A DNA stretch of 64,000 nucleotides from Octopus sinensis (GCF_006345805.1 NC_043026.1:6262001-6326000), one strand, 5' to 3'; shown: positions 13,892 to 29,000, numbered from the stretch's first letter. Notes: a model not told the origin generated them from the letters alone. Translations and numbers: made by a program.

Positions 13892-16800
13892 GCCACCACC
13901 ATCTGCAACTCCACAATTTACGACTAAGGCTTTTGATAACTAACGCACAAAGCCAGCAATGTGACCCAGGGTTAAACACCACCACCACCACCACCAACAA
14001 CATCACGAAAATCTCTCACCTTTTTGGTAGGCGTTATAACCGAGGTTTGGCCCTCGTGCTTTGCCGATCGACTCTCCTCGGCTACTGCTCTAGAGGTGGT
14101 TTTGCTCCGACTCGTGTCCGCCGACTTCAAAGAGTCTCGTTTGGCCTCGGCCGAGTGCGACACGACACTCTTCGGAGTACTCTTGCCGCTGGAGCAGTCC
14201 ACGTTCGAGTGAGAGGTCGCCGACGCCATTTTGATGACTGTCACTTTGTTGTCGCCTTCTTTCTTGATGTCCTGCGCGGCACCGACCTTGGTCGCTGCTG
14301 TTGTTGTTGTGGCACCTGTTTGGCTCTTTGGTAAATGGACGTCCTTTTTCTGTTTGCTGCTGCTGTCTTCTGCTGGTTTAGCTGTTTTGTTAGGGTCCGC
14401 GGCAGTGCTGCTGTTGCTGCTCGCAGCAGGTTTGGTCTGCGTTGGTGGTGTGTTTGTTGACTGAGGTTCTGATGAGGACTTCGCTTCTGACGAGGTTTTA
14501 CTAGGGGTCTCCGACGAAGACTTAGTTGGGGCATCTGACAAAGATTTGGCAGAGGTTTCTGATGATGACTTGGCTGGGGTCTCAGATGAGGATTTTTTGA
14601 CAGAGGTTTCTGAAGGGGACTTGGCTGAGTCTTCTGAGAGGGACTTGGTAGGGACTTTTGACGAGGACTTTGCTGGGGCCTCTGAAGAGGTCTTGGCTGG
14701 GGCCTCCGACGAGGTCTTGGCTAGGGCCTCCACGAGGTCTTGGCTGGGGCTTTCGACGAGGTCTTGGCTGGGGCCTCCGACGAGGTCTTGGTTGGGGCTT
14801 CCGATGAGGTCTTGGCTGGGGCCTCCAACGAGGTCTTAGTTGGGACCTTCAACGAGGACTTTGCTGAGGCCTCTGACGAGGATTTGGCCGGTGACTTTGA
14901 CAAAGAACTTGCTTGGGCTTCTGATGAAGGCTTTTGATTTGGTTCTGATAATTCTTTCTTTGATAATGAAGTGGATTTGGGCAGAGACTCCTCCACTGCA
15001 GATTTAGCGGGGGCCTCTGGCGAGGGTTTACTCTGTGACCCAGATGAGATCTTGGATGCACTTTCAGTTGGCTTAATGATGGATTTCTCTGAAGGACTGC
15101 TTTCTTTAATTAATGTTGTGGTCAGCTTTGTCAGTGTTTTATCCTGCATGGAACCAGCCTCTGCTAGAACACTTTCTCTTGAAGCCAACTTCGAAGGCTC
15201 TTCCTTAGATTTCGATGATATTTCTCCCGCCGCAGGTTTTTCTGCAACAGGTTTCTTTGTGCCAGGGCTACCATCGTCAGCAGTTTTCGAAGAGACAGAT
15301 GCTGAACTGGATTCCTTTAACTCTGCCTTTGATACATCTTTGGTCGATTCCTTACTTTTCACAGAGAAAGGAGTCTTGGAACTTTCCGGTACAACATTGG
15401 TCTTCTCTGATTTCTTTTCTCCGTCTTCAGCAGACACAGGTTTCTTTGTCGCGGCATCACTTTTAGCAGATTCTTTCTTCAGATCCGAAGACGGTTTTTC
15501 CGCTCCGACGGACGATGACTCACCACTGACAGGCTTCAGAGGGGTTCCTTCTTTCGAACTTCCACGACTCTGATCTCCAGATTCATTGTTCTTCTTTTCA
15601 GATGCCTTAGAGAGGCCCTTTGAACTGTCATCCTTGGCCAAAATTCCTTCAGCCTTGCTGTCAGAAGGTTTATCAGCACCAGGTTTCAAACTGCTCCCCA
15701 TTTTTGAAATGCCAGAATCCTTCAACTTCTGAGGCTCGGTTGACATTTTCTTCGCACCAGTTTGGTCATTCTTGGCCTTGTCTACAACTTTAGGGTCAGA
15801 CGTTACTTTCGACTTCAGATCCTCTTCAGTAGACTTAACTCCTCGCGATCCTTCTTCTTTTGTTACACCTGTCCCCGTTCTAGGCAGTTTAGAAGCCACC
15901 TCATCTTTTGCCGTACCCTCCCCACGAACAGAATCTTTGGGTTTCTCTGTCTTCAGAGACTCGACTTTGGTCGTTTCTGTATCAAGTTTAGTTTTCGAGG
16001 ACAAATTCTTCTTCTTGTCTGCAGAATCTGTCTGGACGTCCGACATCTTGTTGCTATCTTTCTTTGGTTCTGATTTCCCAGTCACGGCTGACTGACCGCT
16101 TGCTGAAGAGTCCTTCCCAGACTTTGAGGCATCCGCTTTCGGAATGGAAACTTTCAAACTATCGCCAGAAGATTTGGAATCGGCCGACTTGGAAATCTTA
16201 TCGGGAACAGATTTTAAAACTGCCTTATCTGACGACTTCTCTGTGTCCTCTTTAAGGGGTTGTTTGGGAGTTGTTGGTCCTTGATTTAGTTGAGAGGTCC
16301 TTGTGCTATCATCACATGGCTTGCTCAAAGATTTCTTCCCCTCTTCTTTGGATTGGTTCTCAACAGACTTAGACTCAGCAGTAACAGTTGATGCCTTCAA
16401 AGATGGTTTAACAGTGTCAGAAGAATTTTCTACCTTGCTCTTGGAGTCTGGAACATTGTCTGCAGGCTTCGCCTTCAGATCTGTGCTCTTCTGCTTGGGT
16501 TCGGCTTTCTGCAGACTCTTCTTTCCACTGTCATCGGCTGGAAGTTCCTTGGAGCAATCTGCTTCCCTCTTACTTGATGCACCAGCCTCAGGTTCAGCCT
16601 TTTTCTTATCCGGAATAACCTTTTCATCTTCGTCCTTCTTTCCTTTACGACCTACAGACAGATCCACATCACTGCCACTTCCTCCTCCTCCTCGTGCTGC
16701 TCGCAACTTCTCGCAGACCTCTTGCAGCTTCTCGGCAGACTTGGACTTCCGTCCTTCAACTTCCGGCGCCTTCTTAACTCTATCCGTTTTCCCAGAATCT

Positions 16801-19800
16801 GATTCTCCGGCAGCCGTCTTTGTATCTTTCGTCACTGCCTCGGTCGTCTTCCCTTTCTCTTGGGGTTTCTCCTTTGATGACAAAGGACTCTCCGCTGTCC
16901 CACTTGTAACCTTAACCTCACCTTTCTTCTCCCCCTTCTCACCAATTCCGACAGATCCCTTCGTCAAATCAGCAGTAGTGGCATCATCAAACAAAGAACT
17001 TTTAACGCTTTGCTTTGAATGAGAGTCGATTCCTTGGTCAGTTATTGGTTTTTTAGCCTCTTCGGTATCAGTTCCAGACTTCAGGCCAGCTGGAGCCTCA
17101 CTCTTTGCATTTTCAGTTTGTTGTGGACAGAGTTTCTTTGTGACCGGATCCAGGTTTGTGGGACCCTTCTGCTTCTCCTCGCTCGGCTCTGTGTCTGTTT
17201 CGGAATGGTTTCTCTTCCTGGTCTGCGATGTCAGGGTGGTCTCAGAAGCAGCAGTGTCACAGCTACTCTTGGAGTCTTCAGCAAGTTTATCGGCTCTCAC
17301 ATGTCCAGCAGGTTTGTGGTCAGACTCAGAGGCTGTGCTGTCGTGCAGTTTGACGGAATCGACGGAATCCTCTTTGTCAAGCTGTGTCTTTGACGGCTCT
17401 GATATATTGGTGTTCTCATCATCTTGGAGCATTGTGTCCTTTGCTGACCTTGGACTCTGAAAAAAGCAAAAAAAAAAAGCACAGATTTTAATAAAATGCA
17501 ACAACAATGGAATAATAGAGAAAATCCCTCAACATGGTTGAACAACCAGCTCAAACATAGCAGCCAAACTTCCCTCAAAATCACACCCAACAAGCTTTTA
17601 TACATCATCATCATCGTTTAACATCCATTTTCCGTGCTAGCATGGGTTGGACGGTTCGACTGAGGTCTGGGAAGCCAGGAGGCTGCACCAGGCTCCAGTT
17701 TGATCTGGCAGTGTTTCTACAGCTGGATGCCCTTCCTGACACCAACCACTCTGTGAGTGTAGTGGGTGCTTTTACATGCCAGGCGAGGCTGGCAACGGCC
17801 ACCATCGGATTGGTGCATTTTACGTGCTACCGGCACGGAAGCCAGCCAAGGCGGCACTGGCATCGGCCACGATTCGGATGGTGCTTTTTACATTTTCACA
17901 ATCAGTTTCCCATGAGTTACAACATAGTTTCTCGGCCCCACCCGTCTTATCTATGGACCCCTTTGATTTCTGTTTCCTCAGGTGGGCCCCCATAACTATT
18001 CCATGTTTAAAAAAAACCCTATTTTATTTTTATTAGGAATTGTATAAAAAGACAATTGTTAAAAATATTCTGCATTGTGTGGGCATTCTTTTATTTGTTT
18101 CAGTCACTTTGACTGTGGCCATGCTGGAGCATCGTCTTTAGTCGACCAAATCGACCCCAGGACTTATTCTTTTAGTCGAGCAAATCGACCCCAGGACTTA
18201 TTCTTTTAGTCGAGCAAATCGACCCCAGGACTTATTCTTTGTAAGTCTAGTTACTTATTCTATCGGTCTCTCTTGTCAAACCGCTACGTTATGGGGGACG
18301 TAAACATACCAGCATCGGTTGTCACGCGATGAAGCGGGGGACAAACAGACACACAAACACACATATATATATATATATATGACAGGCTTCTTTCAGTTTC
18401 CAGCTATCAGATCCACTCACAAGGCTTTGGTCAGCCCGAGGCTATAGCAGAAGACACTTGCCCAAGATGCCACGCAGTGGGACTGAACCCGGAGCCATGT
18501 GGTTGGTAAACAAGCTACTTACCACACAGCCACTCCTGCGCCCAACCAATTTACTGCAGATAAATTTTAACAAGAAAATTTTATATGGACCCTTGATGAG
18601 AACCATTGGGTTAGAAGAATACATTATTGAGGCCCTTTTATACAGCTCGATGCCCTTCATCTTGCTAACCCTTCCTTGATTTTCAAGTAAGATTCTCTAA
18701 GGTCCTTCCAGTTGATTGGATTAACCAAACAGCCTCCTCATGAAGTTAACATGCAAGTGGTCGAGTACTCCACAGACACGTGTACCCTTAACATGGTTCT
18801 CAGGGAGATTCAGTGTGACACAGGGTGTGACAAGGCTGGCCCCATGAATTACAGGTGCAACTCATTTTTGACAGCTGAATGGACTGGGGCAACACGAAAT
18901 AAAGTGTCTTGCCCAAGGAGACAATGACTTTCCAGGAATTGAACTCATGACCTTGTGATTGTGAACCAAACACCCCTAACCACTAAGCCATCAACCTTAA
19001 CAATGTACAACTTATACAAAAGCAAGGAATAAGGAACTTACCTCGGCTCTCTTCTTCTCCAAGGCCGGGACACTGCAGCTGTCGTCCGAGGACCCTTCAG
19101 GGGGGTTGTCAGACGACGACACCCGACACTTGCCATCCTGGTTGCGTTCAACAAAGAAATCCTCCTCTTCCTCCTCCTCTTCTTCTTCTTCCAACTCCTC
19201 CTCTTCCTCCGCGTCTTCCTCTTCTTCTAAATCCTCCTCCTCTTCCTCCTCCTCCTCCTCCCTGGTCGTAGCCGGCACGGTGAGGTTGCTGTCAGACCCA
19301 GTCCCTGCGGTGCTGCAGCTGGCCGCGCCGCCGGTGGCATCGTCGGAGCTGCCAGTGGTGGCCGCCCCGTCGGTCTCCACATCAATGTCGGACGAGGTGA
19401 ACACAGGTTCAAATGGCTCCTTCAGCATTTTAACAACTTCGGTCTTGTGGCCCCGCAGCTTGTTCTTCAGTCGATGGATGCCCTCCAGTTGGAAGTGGAG
19501 GTCACGCTGATCGGGCAGTGTTGGGAAATTGAAGATCAACTTGATCCAACCAGCGAGGTCAGCATAGCTCATGGTTGGATGCCTTTTCTTATAATAGAGC
19601 AATTCTAGGGCGAGAGCCTTCGACAGTTGCGACGCTGGCACATTCGGGCTCTCGCCCTTCTGTAACAGTTCAACGGTGATGCCCAGCTTGTCGCAGAGGG
19701 GGCCGAGATTCTTCTGCGGCTCCAAGAATGTCTCCTTTATCCAATCGACACCACCTCGTTTCAACCTGCGCCGTATTCGAGACAAGAAGTTAGAGATGTT

Positions 19801-22800
19801 TTCGGGAGGATCTAAGAAGAGATTCTCAAATATTCTTGGCAAGATCTTAACAAAAGTGTAGTCCTCACACGAGTAGATGTAGTCAGTGATGGCAAACCAA
19901 AAGCCATACGTGGCACAGTCTTTCTGGAGTTTCTCCCATTCTTCGGCTGTCCATTCCTCTGTTCAAAAGATACAAATAGACACTTTGTTAGTTATATATA
20001 AAAACAGGTACACAAATAAAGGTGTATACACACAAGCATACAGGGGAGGAAGCACTCCGTCGGTTAGACGACAAGGGTTCCGGTTGATCCGAATCAACGG
20101 AACAGCCTGCTCGTGAAATTAACGTGTAAGTGGCTGAGCACTCCACAGACACGTGTACCCTTAACGTAGTTCTCGGAGATATTCAGCATGACACAGAGAG
20201 TGACAAGGCCGGCCCTTTGAAATACAGGTACAACAGAAACAGGAAGTAAGAGTGAGAGAAAGTTGTGGTGAAAGAGTACAGCAGGGATCACCACCACCCC
20301 CTGCCGGAGACTCGTGGAGCTTTAGGTGTTTTCGCTCAATAAACACTCACAACGCCCGGTCTGGGAATCGAAACCACGATCCTATGACCGCGAGTCCACT
20401 GCCCTAACCACTGGGCCATTGCGCCTCCACTTGGTACACAAGCATACACATATGTATAAACACATGTATACACACACAGATACCCAAAAGTGTATACACA
20501 CATATACACACACATGTATATACCTCCTTGTCTCACTGTCTGTCTCCTTTAGTTAGTGTCCACCACCCTGTCTCCCTCCTTCCCTAACCTCAGTCCCAAA
20601 TCCCTGTGTCCTCCCCACCCCGTCTGTCCATCTGTCCTAACTTTTCTCTCTGTCTTCATCTTCCCTCCAGTGTCCATCCATCTGTCTATCTCTCTGTCTC
20701 TAATGTTACACCCTTCGTTTCTTCTTGGCAATTGTTGAGAGAGAGAGAGAGAGGGAAGGAATCAAATAAATCCAAGAACTATAAGAAACGATGAAAACGT
20801 CAAGATGTTAAGTTGTAAAGAAGTGATGCTGTGAGGTTGGGACAATGTTCAGATGATATATGAAGATATAAAGTTGGTGATAACGTGATGCTGTGAAGAT
20901 GTGGATGTCTTGAAGACATGACACTGTTTAGATGCAATGTCTTGAAGACGAGAGGGCCAAGAAGACGCGAGGGCCAGGAAGACATGAGGGCTGGGAAGAC
21001 ATGAAGGCTAGGAAGACACGAGGGCCAGGAAGACACGAGGGCCGGGAAGATGCGAGGGCTGGGAAGACAAGAGGACCATGAAGACACGAGGGCCGGGAAG
21101 ACATGAGGGCTGGGAAAACGAGAGGGCCAGGAAGACGCAAGGGCCGGGAAGACGCGAGGGCTGGGAAGACAAGAGGGCTGGGAAGACAAGAGGGCCATGA
21201 AGACACAAGGGCTGGAAAGATGCGAGGGCCATGAAGACGAGAGGGCTGGGAAGACGAGAGGGTTGTGAAGACAAGAGGGTTGTGAAGACAAGAGGGCTGG
21301 GAAGATGAGAGGGCCGTGATGATGAGAAGGTTGTGAAGACGAGAAGGCCATGAAAAAGAGAGGGTTTTGAAGATGAGAGGGTTTTGAAGAAGGGTAGGTT
21401 GTGAAGGCAAGGGGGTGGTGAAGATGAGATGTTGTGAAGATGTTAAGATGTTAAATTACGAAAATCTGACGTTCAAATGAGGAGTTGAGACAGTGTGAAG
21501 ATACAAAGGCAAGAATATAGAAAATTGTTAAAATAATGAGAAGATGAGAAGTTTTGAAAACATGAAAAGGTGAAAAGGCAAAGTGGTGAAGTAAAGGTGT
21601 GAAGATATCAAAATGTGTCAGGATGCGTGAAGAAGTGAAGCAGCACACAAGGTGAAATTGAACCCTCACCAGCAATGTCTCGGTTGATCAGTTTCTCAAT
21701 ATTCTCAGCTTCCAATTCGAATTCTTCACAGCAGACTTTCCTCCAGTTTGAAAACTCCGCATCGACGTCACTTTCAGCTGCAGCTTCCGTCGGAGTCTGC
21801 AAGGGGACATGGAAGAGAAGAAAAGGGATCAGATAAGGGCAGCATCGATACTGCACCACAGACAACAATGCACAAACTGACATCACACTGCAACATAACA
21901 AAACACTGACACCCATACAGCACACGTGGCCAGTCACGGGCAACCTGCAACCGTGGGTAACCTGCAAGCTGAGGGCAACCTGCAAGCCGAGGGCAATATG
22001 CAACCCATGGGCAACCTGCAACCCATGGGCAACCTGCAACCCGAGGGCAACCTGCAACCCGAGGGCAACCTGCAAGCCGAGGGCAACCTGCAACCCATGG
22101 GCAACCTGCAACCTGTGAGCAACCTGCAACGCGCCGGATGAACTTTCTTCGAAACAGGCTGTCCATGCCTACACTAGACTACTGGAATAATTACTGTAAA
22201 AACCCATGGAATTTGAGCACCTGTGTAATTTACACAGGTGATTTCCAGGGTAAACTTTGTTAAAAAAAAGCTTCTACTCATATTCTTTGTGGAAAATAGC
22301 GATTTGACGTCTATATCTAGCATGTTGACCGTCCACTTTTAGTGGTCAGTCCTTTAAATTTTGTATATATATATATATATATATATATACGGGCACAGTA
22401 AACTTTAAAAAAAACACAAAACAAAAAGTCTTGTAGCAACACGATGACCTTATGACCTTACCTGTGTGGACTGTGTATCTTTCGGTACTTCCTGTTTTTG
22501 TGCATTCTGGGATTGATCAGAATCTTTGGGTCCTGCCGACTCGTTTGTCGCTGCGGAGCTGTTGCTGTCCTCCTCCAGCTTCTGTGTCGACGGCTTCGTG
22601 TCAGAGTCAGTGGACTTGGCAGGGGCGGCACCTGGAAAGACAGGACGACATTAAACATACATGCACAGCAAACAGATGATCACAACATAGAATTACATCT
22701 CGCGTTTCCGGGATGAACACCACAACACAACACAGCACGGCACCTTGGTTATGTGTCGTCAAACACGGTTCCTGGTGTGAGTGAAACCTGGTCGAAGGAA

Positions 22801-25800
22801 ACAGCGTGTGCATGCAATAGAGGGACTTGATGTATAAGGTCTCTGAGTGTGGGTTTGTAAAGGGCCCGCTAAGAAAATGCAGACACACCTCAGGAATGGA
22901 AAAACCTATATGAATATCTAATTTGTAGAAGTACCTCTATATACGTAAATACCTTTTTAATGTTTTAACAAATTGCCATAACACCGAATTAAAATGTTTC
23001 CGCAGATTTTTCCTTTCCCGATGTCTGTATACATTGGTGGACTCTGTACAGCGCTGGACGTATATATATCTGATGTGCTTGTTGTCGGCGAAACATTTGT
23101 TTTGTGTGCTCTCGTGATTCTAAGTTGCCCTTCGCTGGAAATCTGGACAGGGGCCATGGGGTCGGAATAGGGAACAACTAAGGAGTAGCTGGAGTCGGAA
23201 TCAGAGTCGGTAAAACTATAACGACTCTGACTCGCGATATCTTTATTCTTTAATCTAAACCAGTTATGAGATATCACCTTGATCACTTTGACCGACCTGT
23301 CCGTCAGGCGTCCATTTGACACCGCTGGTCACAGCACGCTGTCCACTCCTCTCTGGATCGCGCCTTTCTCATCCATGTGATCCCAATCGTCCTCTTGAAA
23401 TCGTCACTCCACCGTCGTGGAGGTCTACTCAAAGTACAAACATATGCTTTATGAGATATGCAGACCACAATCACTTGATTACATAAAGAGGAGTCGGAGT
23501 CGGAGGTGCCAATAGCAGAGGAGTGGGAACTTTTTGCTTCGACTCCACGGCCCTGAATCTAGAATTTCAGAAATTCTCAAATATTTTTTACCTACGGTTA
23601 TTCTTATTACTCTGCGGTAGGGAGTGACAACAAGACTTTCGCACCACCCTACACCACTACTACTACTAACAATAATAATCCTTTCTACTATAGGCACAGG
23701 GTTGGAAATTTGGGGCAGGGGCAGGGGCTAGTCGATTACACTGACCCAAGTGCTCAACTAGTATTTATTTCATCTACTCCGAAAGGAATAAAAAGCAAAG
23801 TCGACCTCGGTGGAATTTGAACTCAGAATGTAAAGACAGACAGACGACAATGCTTCTAAGCGTTTCACCCAACATGCTAATGCTTCAGCCAGCTCACTGC
23901 CCCAACAACAACAACAACAACAACAGCCACAAGGCCCGACAATAACCAATAGTAATTAGTCCTTTCTACTATAGGCACAAGGCCTGGAATTTGGTAGGGG
24001 GAGAGGGGCTAGTCCGCTACATTGACCCCCAGTGTTTCACTGGTATTTACATTATCGATTCAGACAGGGATGAAAGGCAAAGTTGACCTCGGCAGAATTG
24101 GAGCTCATAATGCAAGGAGGGACAAAATGCCACGAAGCAGTTTGCCAAATATCATAACAATTTTGCCAGCTTGTAGCCTTAATAATAATAACAATAATAA
24201 TAATAATAATCATCATCATCATTTAACGTCCGCTTTCCATGCTAGCATGGGTTGGACGGTTCAACTGGGGTCTGGGAAGCCCAAAGGCTGCACCAGGCTC
24301 CAGTCTGATCTGGCAGTGTTTCTACAGCTGGATGTCCTTCCTAACGCCAACCACTCCGTGAGTGTAGTGGGTGCTTTTTATGTGCCACCCGCACAGGTGC
24401 CAGACGAGGCTGGCGAACGGCTACGCTCGGATGGTGTTTTTTATGTGCCACCGACACAGGTGCCAGACGAGGCTGGCGAACGGCCACGCTCGGATGGTGT
24501 TTTTTATGTGCCACCGACACAGGTGCCAGACGAGGCTGGCAAACGGCCACGCTCGAATGGTGTTTTTTATGTGCCACCGACACAGGTGCCAGACGAGGCT
24601 GGCAAACGGCCACGCTCGGATGGTGTTTTTTTATGTGCCACCGACACAGGTGCCAGACGAGGCTGGCGAACAGCCACGCTCGAATGGTGTTTTTTATGTG
24701 CCACCGACACAGGTGCCAGATGAGGCTGGCGAACGGCCACGCTCGGATGGTGTTTCTTTATGTGCCACCGACACAGGTGCCAGACGAGGCTGGCGAACGG
24801 CCACGCTCGAATGGTGTTTTTTATGTGCCACCGACACAGGTGCCATAATAATAATAATAATAAACCTAGGTATGCTGATCATATGCTTTCTTTTCCAACC
24901 ACAACTAATTCCACAAAGGGGACATTTTTTGTCATGTGGGGAGTATGTATACTTAAATGAATTCACCCTAGGACATTACTGGTATCTTATTGTATTTACC
25001 ACAGAGAGATGAGAAAAAAAAAAACCAATTGGATGTTGGTGAGATTGGAGCTCAGAACGCAAAGCGATATCAATACAGTCTAGCACTCTACCGAGTCTGC
25101 CACAAAAATAATCAAACAGTACAATAACCGACAATAGCATCACCGTTAGCAACAACAACAACAACAGCACTACACTCATGTCTGACAACACCGCAACCAA
25201 ACACTGTCGGCAAATAGCAACGACGCGCTCAAGCACTGTTAGCAACGACAACCATGGTGCCATGAGTTAACAACATTAGTAACAAACACTACAACACCGA
25301 TAACACTGTTAGCAACAACAATAACAATGATCACAACAGCAACACCGGAAGCATTGTTAGCAACAACTACTGCTGCTGCTGCTACGGCGATGGCAACAAC
25401 ACCCAAGTCAGCATAGTTAACAACAACTACAAACAATGCTAGTAACTACAATAGCAATAGCAACACCGACACTGTTAGCAACAGCACCCAACACACCATT
25501 AACAACAGTAAAAAGAAAAAAAAAAGAAAAAGCAAACCCAACATCAATAGCAACATTAAGAGAAGCAAAAAACAACAGCCACCACCGCCACAACATTGCT
25601 AGCAACAATATCCACAGTACGGTTAGCAACGACAAGCACCTTGCTCCCACCCCTCCCCAAGCATTAGCAACAACTACACTGCTGCTGACAATAGCAGCAA
25701 ATGCAACAACAACAACATCATAGCCAACAACATCAACTACAACACTGTTAGCAACAACACCAATAATTAGAAATGAACAGAAAAAGAACTAATGTGCCTT

Positions 25801-25896
25801 GCCAAATGCACCATAAGTGAGTGTGTGTGAAACAGTGGGGGGGGGAGAGAGAGAGAGAATGAGAGTATGAGCATAAAAAATGCGCACACACACATA

Positions 25897-25938
<42 letters not shown>

Positions 25939-26009
25939 TATATGCATGTGTATGTCAGAGTAAACACACAAGAAAACCAGTGTAAGTAAAGAGAAAAGAA
26001 ACATAAAAA

Positions 26010-26050
<41 letters not shown>

Positions 26051-29000
26051 CATAGCTATATGTATGTATACACACATGTATGTGCATATATATCATCATC
26101 ATCATCATCATCATGGCATAAAGACACCCGTTTCTGTCTCTCTGTCTCACTCTAACCTTTCATTATCCGACACAAGATCCCCACTTCCGATGGCCCCCTC
26201 CCCTCACAAAGGATCTTTGTCTTGCAAGTTACTTAGTTCCTGCAAGTGGTTGAGTATTCCAAACACTTGTACTCAGTTATCATGATGCAGAAATGAGATG
26301 GCATTACGTATGACTAGGCAGGACATTTTAATTCCTAAATTTATGCACAAGTCAATTTGAACCCTGAACCATCGTCATTGTTTCATCGTCGTTTAATGTC
26401 CACTGTCCCTGTTGGCATAGGCTGGACAGTTTGACAGTATCTGACGGGCCTTAAGGTAATGGTAAGCTCCAATGTAATCTATAGCATGGTTTCTATGGCT
26501 TCCTAATGCCAACCACTTTACAGAGTGTACTGGGTGCTTTTTACATGGCATTAGCACTAGTGAGGTTGTTGTGTAACTTGCAAGACAGAGAAAAAACAAA
26601 GGGGAAAAATTCCCTCTGCTAAGAGGTAAAATTTGGGAGAAGGTGGAGGTGGGTAGCTTTATGCCAGGTGTTGAAAGGCTGAAGTAAGAGAGACGGAGAA
26701 GCACAGGCATGGTTTCTAAGGCTGGATGCCCTTCCTAATGCCAACCACTTTACAGAATGTACTGGGTGCTTTTTATGTGGCACCAGCATCAGTGAGGTTG
26801 CTATGCCACTTGCAAGACAGAAAAGGAGAGGGAAAATCTCTCATTACTATGAGGAAGTATTTGGGAGCAGAAGGTGAAAGTGGGTGGATGTATGCCAAGT
26901 ATTGAAAGACTAAAGTATGATAGGGGTACCTACATAAACGTCTTGCTATGGAGGAGATGCACAAGGAAGGTAGTGATGTCAAAACTAACACAAATAACCA
27001 CGGGACAACTTTTTTTTACCCCTACGCTGTAAAGAGTTTGTGAAGCCCCTGGCTCCTGCACAGTGATGGCAAAGGAATGATAGTTGACCATGTCAGGAGG
27101 GTGGGATGAGGGTATCACTGGTGCGTGGAAGTGGAGGGGCCAGGAGCGGGTCTGAAATCAATCTGTAAACAGATGTCACTAAATATTACTTTCTAAATTT
27201 CGGCACAAGGCCAGAAATTTCAGAAGTGTGTGGGGGTGGGGTGGGGTGGAATAAGTAGATTATATGGATCTACTTATTCCAACCCTGGAAGAACTAAAGG
27301 TAAAATCGACCTCGGTGGAATTTGAACTCAGAATGTAAAGACGGATGAAATGCTGCTTACGATTTTTACTTCTTTATTGCCCACAAGGGGCTAAATATAG
27401 AGGGAACAAATAAAAACAGACAAAGGGATTAAGTCGATTACATCGACCCCAGTGCATAACTGGTACTTTATTTATCGACCTCGAAAGGATAAAAGGCAAA
27501 GTCGACCTCGGCGGAATTTGAACTCAGAACGTAACGACAGACGAAATACGGCTACGCATTTCGCCCGACGTGCTAACGATTCTGCCAGCTCAACAAATAG
27601 TAAAGTCTAACGCTGACGGGATTTGAACCTGGAACTCAGAGGAGAAACTCAGTTGTGACCTTAATGGTTTACAGCATGGCACTAACCTCACAAACAACAA
27701 CAATAACAACAGCAACAACAACAGTAACAACAACAGCAACAACAAGAAATATATAAGGTCCAATACTAAAGGACTTTGCTTGCTGACACCCCTTCCCCAT
27801 CCCCCAACACAACACCCTCTCAAATGACAAAATTCTACTGGGATTTGAACTCGGATGCTCAACCTTAATAATGATGATTTCTAACACAGGGAGTGCAAGG
27901 GTACAAACTACAAGGGTTGGAGTGCCAGGGATTATACCAACCCTTAGGGATTAGGTGAAGATTATCCCCTAACATATTACACTTCGTAATACCATCACCA
28001 TCGTTTAGTTCTTTGATTATTTAAATGAGCCCCATTAAGGCTCAAACATCAGATGTATTGTGCAAGAGAGACAAGTGCTCGGGGGTGGTCATGGGATGAA
28101 TGAGGAGAGCTGCGTAAAGAGATGCTGATGTTTAATTGCAGAGGGAACATGTGGAAGGGGTGGGATGAAGAGGTGAGAAAGGATCTATGGGGTATTGGGG
28201 CTTACAGAGGGGATGACAGGGGACTGAGGCTCCTGGTGGTTTACTGCACTTGGAAAGACACATCAAGCTAAGTGAAACCATGATTGGCCCTTGCATACAG
28301 GCTCGTCCCCTGCAACCCACTCCAGCTGGGCATCCCTAGTCTTGTGGGCTTCAAGGGGCTGGTGGCACATTAAAAAAAGCACCCATATAGGCGCAGGAGT
28401 GGCTGTGTGGTAAGTAGCTTGCTAACCAACCACATGGTTCCAGGTTCAGTCCCACGGCGTGGCACCTTGGGCAAGTGTCTTCTGCTATAGCCCCGGGCCG
28501 ACCAATGCCTTGTGAGTGGATTTGGTAGACGGAAACTGAAAGAAGCCTGTCATATATATATATATGCGTGTGTGTCTGTTTGTCCCCCTAGCATTGCTTG
28601 ACAACCGATGCTGGTGTGTTTACGTCCCCGTCACTTAGCGGTTCGGCAAAACAGACCAATAGAATAAGTACTGGGTTTACAAAGAATAAGTCCCGGAGTC
28701 GATTTGCTCGACTAAAGGCGGTGCTCCAGCATGGCCGCAGTCAGATGACTGAAACAAGTATAAGAATAAAAGAGCATACTGGTGATGGGTTAAAGTACCC
28801 AGCACGGTGTTATGAAGGACATCCAGCCGTAGAAACCCTGCCAAAACAGACAGGGAACCTGAACAGCCCTTTAGCTGGTCAGCTGCTGTCCAACGCATGC
28901 CGGCATGGAAAATGGACATTACATGATGATGTTCAAACTGGTCAGACCTGGCCTCTCACACCTACCCTACAATGACATTCTAAAAAAACAGACAATCGCA

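Noticed and set aside
14024-17460. Plus-strand ORFs opposite the giant exon
   Set aside because: Antisense shadows of a strongly biased coding exon
20800-22166. ORFs with SSWPS or GCRLP repeats
   Set aside because: 17-bp and 18-bp intronic minisatellites; only 21670-21796 has exon boundaries
10236-22631. Pogo/DDE transposase expected for POGZ
   Set aside because: No HTH-CENPB or DDE catalytic motifs were recognised in any exon; absence should be confirmed with HMMs
24022-25012. 213-233 aa repetitive ORFs
   Set aside because: Produced by the 63-bp (frame-preserving) minisatellite within a retroposon
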